NCBI GenBank assembly: GCA_032718475.1
Contig: JAUCBJ010006967.1
Location: forward strand, 1 to 64,000
DNA: 64,000 nucleotides
Source of the DNA: Nemertoderma westbladi
Lineage: Eukaryota > Animalia > Xenacoelomorpha
Direction of reading: 5' to 3'
The notes beneath the pieces are model-generated. The model was not told where the DNA came from and ran no database searches. It saw only the letters and a list, made by a program, of their open reading frames with translations. The translations under genes were made by a program, and so were the position numbers. Shown in pieces: positions 22,767 to 31,869 of this stretch (within the stretch, counting starts at the first letter, position 1; every line of letters starts with the position of its first letter).

Positions 22767-25738
22767 CCCTTTAATGCCCACTGTTGTTTGTAAACAACAT
22801 AAATATAATTGGTTCCCTCATGAACAAAATTCAATTTCCTGTTTTGTGATTGGGTGCTATAAATAGCATAATGATTGTAGTTTGTAATTAAACCTGATCT
22901 GACAGAGTCAATACGAAGCCGATAGCCATAGATCGACTTTAAAGATGAAATAGCGAATCAGGTACCACTATACGTTAGAGCGCTTCTTTCTAGGCCATAA
23001 CGTATGTTGTTTTCAACATAATAAGAGCTACGAAAAATATGCAGATAGCCTATAGCGTGTTAACTACCTACTAATCGTTACCCCATAGCAGAATGTATGT
23101 TTAGGGGGGTGTGGTGCATTGTTTTCTACATGTTGTTACAGAACAACATTGGTCATTCATGGAAGTAAATTTGGGACATTACCTGTAACACCATGTAAAA
23201 AGCAGCCTTAGTAATTGGACACTGTAGAGTTGTATCTCAGGTCAAATATATTATTATAAATTAAAATTTATCTTCTCAAAAGTCTATTTGTCTGTCTGTC
23301 TGCCTCTTACTCATGTTGTTTCACTTTATTTTGACTTTCTAATTTTTATACTGAAGAGATACAGTATGAGTCGATTTAACCCTAACCTCTCGCTAATGTT
23401 ATCAGACCTGAGAACAGTAAATCGATTAGATATTGCTGATAGTGATAGTGCAGAGAATTCACTATCAATTCCTTCTGGTAGATTTTATAAACGAAGTCGT
23501 GTTCGGTTTGACGAAACCCGTGGTATGGTGGAAGAAGATGAGATAGTCGGCGTGGAGTTACCTGGGGGGAACAAAAGTGGGTCTGAGAGTGAAGATGACG
23601 ATGAATTGGAAGATGTAACACAGTTTGATATTAATGTTGATGGTGGTGGTGATATTACGGATGAGATTTCTGCAGATGATATAGTCGATCTCGCCGCAGC
23701 TCTTGATGATATAGCTTCCAAATCGAATGAAGAGATACAGGATAGTAGTTACAGGTGGCGAAAGCAGGATAGTGAACCTGTAGACAGTGAGTTTATTGGG
23801 GATGCGTTTCCTAATCCACCTCCTGAACCAAATGAGCCACTGGAATACTTTAGATATTTCTTTCGTGAGTCACTCGTTAAGCATTTAGCAGAGCAGACCA
23901 ATTTATATTCGACAGTCCAAACGAAAACGTCAAAGTGTATAAATGTTTCTGAGAATGAAATTGATCAATTTCTCGGAATTTTAATTCTAATGGGTGTAAT
24001 TAAATATCCTCAATATCGAATGTATTGGGCTTATGAAACTCGCGTCTCTGCAATAGCGGATACTATGAGTCGACTACGGTTTGAAACTATTAAGAGATAT
24101 TTTCACTGCAATGATATCACAATGGAACCACCAGCTGGTGATCCTCATTCAGATAAATTATATAAAGTTAGACCAATGCTTGATTCTGTGCGAGAGATGT
24201 GCAGAAGTGTTTCTGCTGAAGAGAGACATTCTGTGGACGAACAGATGATCCCATCGAAAACGCGGGCAAAAGTGGGCATGCGCCAATACATGCCCAAGAA
24301 ACCGATCAAGTGGGGTTTTAAGGTTTGGGCTCGCTGTGGAGTCAGTGGGTTGATATACGATTTCGAAATATACTGTGGGAAATGCACGGACCAGGATGAA
24401 ATTGTTGGATTGGGTAGTGGTGGGAATGTAGTGGTCAGATTAACTAAGACGTTACAACGTGGACTGGGGCATAAGGTATATTTCGATAATTTGTTTACGT
24501 CCATCGATTTAGTTAAATATCTTATCGATAGGGGTATCTGGTCAATTGGTACCATTCGTAGTAATCGGTTACGGGGTGCGAACAAACTTCTTTTAACTGA
24601 GAAGGAAATGAGGAAGCAAGGAAGAGGTGCTCTAGATTGGAGAGTAGAAGTGAATAGAAAGGTGACGCTTGTGAAGTGGTTAGATAATGGTGTCGTTCAG
24701 CTGGTATCTAGTTACATTGGACATGACTTGGGTACACCAGCCAATAGATGGTCAGCGACAGATAAGAAATATATTAGTATTGATAGACCTCGCATGGTAG
24801 AGGAATACAATTTGTGTATGGGAGGGGTGGATTTGTGCGATATGTTACTTTCTTTATACCGTATACAGCTGAAACGTAGAAAGTGGTATATGCCAATCGT
24901 ACATTATTTGATTGGAATTTCGGTGACCAATGGATGGTTGCTCTATCGCCGTCACTGTAATCAACTCTCTATTGTCAAGAAGAAGCAGTTAGCACTAATT
25001 CGTTTCCAAACTATTATAGCCCATAGTTTAATGAAGTCTGGAAAGGCAACATGTACTTCGAAGCGAGGCCGCCCATCTATCTCTACCAATGAACCCATTA
25101 CCATTCCACCCAAGAAATCCAAATCTACTGTTCCAATCCCAGTTAACGATGTTCGGTATGATCTGACAGACCACTTCCCTAAATTTATGACGAATCAAGG
25201 TCGATGTCGCTATTGTGTTAACGGTTATTCGCATTGGCAATGTACAAAGTGTGGAGTTCTATTGTGCATTGTAAAAAACAAAAACTGTTTTTATCTGTTT
25301 CACCATCGGAAATGAAAACTATTTTTGATAAATGTTTTATTCAAATAAATAAATCACAGTCAATATACTGTATTTTCTAATAATACTTTTTTGACAGACA
25401 GACGAACTGACAAGAAATGAACATGAGACTGAGACAGACTGGTACTTGCATCGACTAGGTGGACACGATTCGATCAAGTCTTGATATCATATAACTAAAA
25501 AATCATTGACACATATGAGATAATCTAGGGTGTTATTTATACCAATAATCTAGGGTGTGATTTATACCACAAATACCCAATGTTGTTCAGGAACAACGAC
25601 CCTCTATACGTAAAACCCGTGGGTGAATTTATTAATTTTTTTTTTTATTATCCCAAATGGGCTGCAAGATGACAATAATGACAATTATGCATGAAAATAT
25701 TTTTTCCATCATAAATACTTAATTCGGGTATTAAAGGG
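22767..25738 (+). mobile_element. Complete piggyBac transposon (2972 bp)
   Basis: TTAA TSDs at 22763-66 and 25739-42; 13-bp TIRs CCCTTTAATGCCC / GGGTATTAAAGGG with one mismatch; intact transposase. Confidence 0.95.
23366..25315 (+). CDS. piggyBac transposase (PGBD3-like), intact DDD triad and Cys-rich C-terminus
   Basis: SVDEQMIP, QYMPKKPIKWGFK, YFDNLFTS, YNLCMGGVDLCD, CRYC...CTKC..LC..CF..FH; first ATG at 23366. Confidence 0.95.
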   Translation: MSRFNPNLSLMLSDLRTVNRLDIADSDSAENSLSIPSGRFYKRSRVRFDETRGMVEEDEIVGVELPGGNKSGSESEDDDELEDVTQFDINVDGGGDITDEISADDIVDLAAALDDIASKSNEEIQDSSYRWRKQDSEPVDSEFIGDAFPNPPPEPNEPLEYFRYFFRESLVKHLAEQTNLYSTVQTKTSKCINVSENEIDQFLGILILMGVIKYPQYRMYWAYETRVSAIADTMSRLRFETIKRYFHCNDITMEPPAGDPHSDKLYKVRPMLDSVREMCRSVSAEERHSVDEQMIPSKTRAKVGMRQYMPKKPIKWGFKVWARCGVSGLIYDFEIYCGKCTDQDEIVGLGSGGNVVVRLTKTLQRGLGHKVYFDNLFTSIDLVKYLIDRGIWSIGTIRSNRLRGANKLLLTEKEMRKQGRGALDWRVEVNRKVTLVKWLDNGVVQLVSSYIGHDLGTPANRWSATDKKYISIDRPRMVEEYNLCMGGVDLCDMLLSLYRIQLKRRKWYMPIVHYLIGISVTNGWLLYRRHCNQLSIVKKKQLALIRFQTIIAHSLMKSGKATCTSKRGRPSISTNEPITIPPKKSKSTVPIPVNDVRYDLTDHFPKFMTNQGRCRYCVNGYSHWQCTKCGVLLCIVKNKNCFYLFHHRK

Positions 25739-26024
25739 TTAAAACAATAAAATAGGACATGGGGTCTATTCCCTCAGATACTACCTAGCAATTTCCTGAC
25801 ATCTGCGCAATTTTGTTTAAAAATCTGATCATATATCTGTACATACCGGTAGGTGCTAATTGGGGTTGGTTGCATTCAGTTGGGAAATCATGTTTATGCA
25901 TTTGGGGCTGATGGTAACATACATTGGGGGTGGGTGGTTTCAACTCTGTTCGGTGGTACGGTAGGATTTCTAATTTATTGGTCATTATCTTAATTTAGTG
26001 GTGCAGTTTTGTTAGGGTAGAGGT

Positions 26025-26096
26025 GGGGTTCGTGGCACACTGCTGATGAGGAGAACCACGAATCCCAGGGTTCAGTGTTTAAATCTCCGAAACCCT
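26025..26096 (+). ncRNA. Hammerhead ribozyme candidate 1 (substrate strand nested in loop II; predicted GUU cleavage after 26072)
   Basis: CTGATGA 26043-49 and GAAA 26089-92. Stem II GGAGA/TCTCC; stem I ACACTG/CAGTGT; stem III AGGG-T/A-CCCT; extra 11-bp helix 26025-35 with 26056-66. Confidence 0.75.
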
Positions 26097-26877
26097 TTTA
26101 TTTTTATAAAATTTATTACTTAGACTTACCTTTTTCGGCGGACAAAATGTCCTATATTTTTCTTAATTTATGGGATAGCCTATTTCGTGCAATACTTACC
26201 GGAACCTGTAGTTACTGTATGGTTTGGTGCAATTTTTCTTGTGGTAGTTGGGTTGGGTTTATGTAGCCCCTTTTTTATTACTTTTTTGTAATAAAAGAGT
26301 CTTTTTACTCATTACACACCTGGTTGTACAGTACCTTCTACTGCACCGCATCAGCATAATTAATTAACTAGTTTCAGAAGTTCAGTAATGAGGCCTCTTT
26401 TGGTACGACAACTATTTGATTAATATATTCATGTTATAGGCAAATAATTATTCCAACCGGACTGGATGCGGTATGTTGTGCCTCTTCAATGATAATGGAA
26501 AAATAGATGCTGTAGAAGGACCGGATTCTGGGTTCCAAAAGCTAAACACATTTATCATTGGAAACAATAGTCGTATTGATGTGAGTAGTGTGGGGTACTG
26601 TTATATTAACGTTAGACTGAGGTACAATAATAATACTATTTTTATGCCTAATTTACTAAATGTAAGACTGCGTTCGTTATAACTAAGTTTATATGAAAAT
26701 ATTAAAATTATTATGTCCAAATGTAGGAGGTGAGTGCTTCTCTAGGAAAAGTCGTGGCTGAGATCGATAAAGATAGATCATGTGGGGTACGGCGATCACT
26801 TAACTACTCACCATCGAATGTCCAAAAACCTTTAAAAAGAAAGCCGTCCAAAGGAAATCGTTGTTGTTTGTGCAGCA

Positions 26878-28215
26878 ATGTGTTTAATAGGAGATAATCC
26901 TGCTGCTGCTCTAATAAGCGGCTTCAAAGAAAGCGCTTCAGCAGTTTGCTTTTGTAGAAGCTGTATGGTAAAAAAAGGCGAAATTGAAGATCATTTTGAG
27001 GCTGATTCTCTAAATATCAGAACAGAAGCCGATTATACTGAGCAACTTATGGCAGTCACAGATCCCAAGTTACCAATTGCTGAGCAAAAAGAAAATTCCA
27101 TAAAATACGGTATAAATTTCCCAAGTATATTATCGGATATCCCATACTTTAATATTACAAGTTGTGTCATTCATGACTTTCATCATGATATGTTGGAAGG
27201 TGTTGTAAGTGCTGAAATTAAGTTGCTTTTACGCTATGCTGTTTGCGAACGGAAATTTCTAGGAATTGACGATCTGAACAGACGGATATTTTCAAACAAT
27301 TTTTCTGAAAACGAAAAAAAAGACATTCCTTGTCGAATAGAACTGTCAAAGTTGCAATCGGCTGAGACATATTCCCTGAGACAAACTGCTATACAAATGC
27401 TAATTTTGATGAGAATTCTCCCTGTTTTGTTAGGCGAATTTTTTAGTGATCTGAACAACCATTGGAATTGCTTCATTAAACTATACGAGATTGTTGAGCT
27501 ATGTTTACAATATTCAATAAGTACAAATGAACTTGTATATTTAGAATATTTAATCGAAACTCATTGCACACTTTTTTTCTTAACCTATGGACTGACTTTC
27601 CCAAAGCTGCATTACATGATGCACATTGTTAGAGATATTAAGAATTTTGGACCACCAAGATGTCACTGGGCAATGCGATTTGAAGGTCACCATAACGTTC
27701 TAAAAAAGTGGGTGGTTATTCAAAAAAATTTCAAAAATATACCATTATATTTAACCAAGCGCCATCAAGAAGGTGTTGCTCATTCACTCACTGTCAACAG
27801 AACGGGCTTTTTATATGAACGAATTATTGGTGTACATCATGTACCAAAGTTATCCTTTGCCGGAGATTGTAGATTCGAACGCTATTCAAAAATAACACAT
27901 TATGGTAATAGTTTAATTGCAAACCGCAGCGTTATCCCAGTGCCAGTTTCGTTTGATAACGAGACTGAACTTCCGAAATTTATGATTGTGAGTGATATTT
28001 ATTTGTTTGAATCTGGCAGGGATTGTCTTATCATTTGCAATGAGCTCATTACTAGTAGCTATCTGCCTCATATTGGCTGTTATACTTTAATAGAGCCGAA
28101 TATTAAAAAGTCAGTTTCTGTATGGTATTCATCTCTGAGTGAACCTGGTGAACTTCGTATACTCCGCTATCAAACCTCATATGTAGTCCGTTATCGATTT
28201 CGGAGCTTTTCTTAA
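26878..28215 (+). CDS. CACTA/EnSpm-type transposase, C-terminal portion
   Basis: LIGDNPAA..ISGF, FCRSC, HDFHHDMLEGV, PKLHYMMH, FGPP...WAMRFEGHH. Confidence 0.85.
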   Translation: MCLIGDNPAAALISGFKESASAVCFCRSCMVKKGEIEDHFEADSLNIRTEADYTEQLMAVTDPKLPIAEQKENSIKYGINFPSILSDIPYFNITSCVIHDFHHDMLEGVVSAEIKLLLRYAVCERKFLGIDDLNRRIFSNNFSENEKKDIPCRIELSKLQSAETYSLRQTAIQMLILMRILPVLLGEFFSDLNNHWNCFIKLYEIVELCLQYSISTNELVYLEYLIETHCTLFFLTYGLTFPKLHYMMHIVRDIKNFGPPRCHWAMRFEGHHNVLKKWVVIQKNFKNIPLYLTKRHQEGVAHSLTVNRTGFLYERIIGVHHVPKLSFAGDCRFERYSKITHYGNSLIANRSVIPVPVSFDNETELPKFMIVSDIYLFESGRDCLIICNELITSSYLPHIGCYTLIEPNIKKSVSVWYSSLSEPGELRILRYQTSYVVRYRFRSFS

Positions 28216-28454
28216 ATTTGTGTTGTAAGTCGAGTGTGGGAGAGGGCAAGAGTGTGTGGTGTGTTTATATTATAATTTTGTGTTCTGTGTTTATAATTTT
28301 GTGTTGTGTGTTTATAATTGTGTGTTGTGTGTTTATAAGTGTGTGTTTGTGTGCATTGTGTTGTGTATATGGTATGGTATATTGTATTTTGTTTATAATT
28401 ACAAATTTTTCATTGTGTTTTCCAACACTAACTGAAATCCATTAAATTGAAACG

Positions 28455-29786
28455 ATGCCTATATGCGGTGTCAATGGTTGCACAGAGGAGATTGAAGAGG
28501 ACTTTATTGCATGTCCTGTATGTGGGGCAAGTAAAGACCGTACAAGTGTGGAGGAGCTATGTTGCGGTAAAGTGGTTAATCCAAAGTGGATACAATGTCC
28601 AAGGTGTTTAAAGGCTTTAAACGTTGCAGCTGGGCCTGTAGAACCTCCCAGTTCAAATCGATTTCAAATCGAGTCTGCTACTTCGATTGAAAAATTCAGA
28701 ACGAATTTGAAGATTGCAATGATAAATGGGAAGGAGTGTTATATATCGCCAGATTCCCCCGTTGCTGGTATTATTACTGTGCCAGTTATTAAAATTGACA
28801 TGAATACCAAAATTATACCTCATACAAGCATTTATCAGAAGTGTCTATTGACCTTTGTCAATGATTTTGAACGTAGAAATGTTACGAATTTGAGTTCAAT
28901 CGCAGCTTCTATTTGTGAAACATATCCCGAGTTTAAGCGGAAGCATAAATCCAATAAATCATCGATGTATTTGGCTCTTCAGCATGACTACGTGAACTCC
29001 CGCCACAATTACCGCAACAGAATGAAGGCGAAGGACAAGAATCCAAAAATAATTGTGGAAGGCCAGTCTGGGGGGGTGGGACAGGTTGCTGGGGACAAAT
29101 CTGCGGAACAGGTCGCTGGGGACAAATCTGTGGAACAGGTCGCTGGGGTCAAATCTGCGGAACAGGTCGCTGGGGACAAATCTGCGGAACAGGTCGCTGG
29201 GGACAAATCTGCGGAACAGGTCGCTGGGGACAAATCTGCGGAAGTTAATGTCGCTGGAACTAACAGTATATCATTGCTTGAAAATGCTGCTGTTGTTCAA
29301 GTGCAAATGGGAAGGAAAACCATAAACACCAAACCGCTACGTAATCAACCACAACGAAAAAGAAAGAAAGCAATAGTAATATCGTCATCAAGTGAAGATG
29401 ATGTTAGTGAAATGTTGTTGTTCGATAGTTCTGAAGACGATGTTGAAGAGGAGCCGGAAATACAAATGGAGGTTCAGGGAGTGAAGTCGTTGGTGTTTGC
29501 GCGCCAAATGAAATCTAAAGATTTCTGGCCAGGGAGACTGGATGATGCTCCGGATGGCTGTAAGATGCCGAAGCCAAAAGATCCATCGGATACATTTAAA
29601 TGGGTCTATTTTTATGGTAGTAATAACTACTCCTGGGTTAAGAACACTCCGGAGTATATTGTTCCTTATGTGGAAAACCGCGATCTGTTATCAGAGCCGA
29701 AACCAAGCAGTACTAACGCGTTCTTGCGCGGAACTGAGCAAATTAACGAATTATACAATTTATTCATGGAAGATAATGATGAGTGA
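28455..29786 (+). CDS. CACTA accessory ORF2: N-terminal double zinc ribbon, 9-aa repeats, C-terminal PWWP domain
   Basis: CGVNGC..CPVCG..CCG..CPRC; about six GDKSAEQVA units (27-bp repeat, 29079-29241); LVFARQMKSKDFWPGRL...WVYFYGSNNYSWV...IVPY. Confidence 0.75.
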   Translation: MPICGVNGCTEEIEEDFIACPVCGASKDRTSVEELCCGKVVNPKWIQCPRCLKALNVAAGPVEPPSSNRFQIESATSIEKFRTNLKIAMINGKECYISPDSPVAGIITVPVIKIDMNTKIIPHTSIYQKCLLTFVNDFERRNVTNLSSIAASICETYPEFKRKHKSNKSSMYLALQHDYVNSRHNYRNRMKAKDKNPKIIVEGQSGGVGQVAGDKSAEQVAGDKSVEQVAGVKSAEQVAGDKSAEQVAGDKSAEQVAGDKSAEVNVAGTNSISLLENAAVVQVQMGRKTINTKPLRNQPQRKRKKAIVISSSSEDDVSEMLLFDSSEDDVEEEPEIQMEVQGVKSLVFARQMKSKDFWPGRLDDAPDGCKMPKPKDPSDTFKWVYFYGSNNYSWVKNTPEYIVPYVENRDLLSEPKPSSTNAFLRGTEQINELYNLFMEDNDE

Positions 29787-29819
29787 ACGTTGAACAATAT
29801 TAAAAGTGGGGTGAATAAA

Positions 29820-30178
29820 TATCGTAGCCTAAGTGTCATAAGGCCCTATGTCAAAAATTGCTTCACTGTTCAGGAGGCCTATATAAAATATAGAGATATA
29901 GGGCTTTTCTGCATTAAAATATTGCTGTATTGTCCAATGTGATTCTTGGATTTATCTTTATTACGTCATAATCTTCACTTCCCATTGGTTAACACTTTAC
30001 AAAGGGCCTTTCTGCAGTTAAATATTGTACGCTGGGATATAGGGCTTCACTTTACCACGTAATAATCAATTAAACTGTTCAAAACTCCACCAGCTGGTAG
30101 AGCATGTCTTAAAGTGTGGAATTGTATAAAAAAAAGTAAAATTCGACAAAAATCGACTTAAGGCACTTAGCTACGATA
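29820..30178. mobile_element. MITE-like insertion of about 360 bp
   Basis: Imperfect inverted ends TATCGTAGCCTAAGTGTCATAAG / CTTAAGGCACTTAGCTACGATA. Confidence 0.5.
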
Positions 30179-30272
30179 TATTGTAATAGCAACAACTTTC
30201 TTAATGGTAACCGTCAACTTTCTCTTTCTAAACTGCTCTGTAGATTTCGTCACCATTTAATATTTGTTTACT

Positions 30273-31176
30273 TTAGTTTATGTATATTTTTGATTAAGAC
30301 TGGATTGTTCCTACTATTACCGGTACCGTGAAATATAACTCTGTTGTAAGTTAGTTTATGTACATTTATATTCATGTGGATTAAGACTGGATTGTTCCTA
30401 CTATTACCGGTACCGTGAAATATAACTCTGTTGTAAGTTAGTTTATGTACATTTATATTCATGTGGATTAAGACTGGATTGTTCCTACTATTACCGGTAC
30501 CGTGAAATATAACTCTGTTGTAAGTTAGTTTATGTACATTTATATTCATGTGGATTAAGACTGGATTGTTCCTACTATTACCGGTACCGTGATATATAAC
30601 TCTGTTGTAAGTTAGTTTATGTACATTTATATTCATGTGGATTAAGACTGGATTGTTCCTACTATTACCGGTACCGTGAAATATAACTCTGTTGTAAGTT
30701 AGTTTATGTACATTTATATTCATGTGGATTAAGACTGGATTGTTCCTACTATTACCGGTACCGTGAAATATAACTCTGTTGTAAGTTAGTTTATGTACAT
30801 TTATATTCATGTGGATTAAGACTGGATTGTTCCTACTATTACCGGTACCGTGAAATATAACTCTGTTGTAAGTTAGTTTATGTACATTTATATTCATGTG
30901 GATTAAGACTGGATTGTTCCTACTATTACCGGTACCGTGAAATATAACTCTGTTGTAAGTTAGTTTATGTACATTTATATTCATGTGGATTAAGACTGGA
31001 TTGTTCCTACTATTACCGGTACCGTGAAATATAACTCTGTTGTAAGTTAGTTTATGTACATTTATATTCATGTGGATTAAGACTGGATTGTTCCTACTAT
31101 TACCGGTACCGTGAAATATAACTCTGTTGTAAGTTAGTTTATGTACATTTATATTCATGTGGATTAAGACTGGATT
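30273..31176. repeat. Ten near-identical copies of an 87-bp tandem repeat
   Basis: GATTAAGACTGG recurs every 87 bp from 30292 to 31162. Confidence 0.97.
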
Positions 31177-31869
31177 AATACCAATAAGTTGAATATAGGA
31201 ATATATCATAGGCCTAATAATGTTTTGTTAAACAATATTGTCCACATTCGCCACCATTAAATTTAAAAAATCTGAGGTTTTCATGGAAATTGACCTGCTG
31301 TTTATTTAAGTGACAACCCGGGTTTCACATCCAAAGAACATAGGTTTTTATGCAAATAAACCTACGGTTTATTTAAGTGACAACCCGGGTTTCACATCCA
31401 AAGAACATAGGTTTTTATGCAAATAAACCTACGGTTAATTTAAGTGACAACCCGGGTTTCACATCCAATTACCCTGAAAAAAACGTAGTTTTTTTTATAT
31501 AAATAAAGCGAGGGTTTATATACCAAACAACCCAAGGTTTCATGATCATGCATAACCCACGGTTTAATTATGGACAAAATAAACGCTGGTTTCTCAAAAT
31601 AACCGTAGTTTAAATTTACCCCGAATTGAACCACGGTTATTTTTGAGAACCAGCGTTTTTTTAAGGAATAACCCCCGTTTCGTTTTTTCAGTGTAGGATC
31701 ATAATTAATGAAACAACGGTTCTATCTGTTACTTTAACCGCCGGTTTCTTAAAATAACCCCCGGTAGTTTTGGTGTAAAAATACCCGGGGTTATTTTAGA
31801 AAACCGGCGGTTTTTTTAGTTAAAACCAAGGTTTATCTTTTTCAGTGTATACCTATATCTTTTTCAGTT

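Larger units (their letters stand above)
26850..31693 (+). mobile_element. CACTA/EnSpm-like DNA transposon copy 1, 5'-truncated
   Basis: Transposase plus ORF2, subterminal repeats (67-bp units near 31305-31465) and a 3' terminus ...TTTTTCAGTG (reverse complement CACTGAAAA) at 31693. Confidence 0.7.

Noticed and set aside
26014-26096. Classical type III fold of hammerhead 1 using the upstream AGGGUA as cleavage site
   Set aside because: Stem I would start with a G-G mismatch and a bulge. The loop-II strand gives perfect stems, and the same arrangement recurs at 43821-43888.
30268-31209. 313-aa repetitive ORF
   Set aside because: A by-product of an 87-bp stop-free tandem unit; no unique coding sequence.
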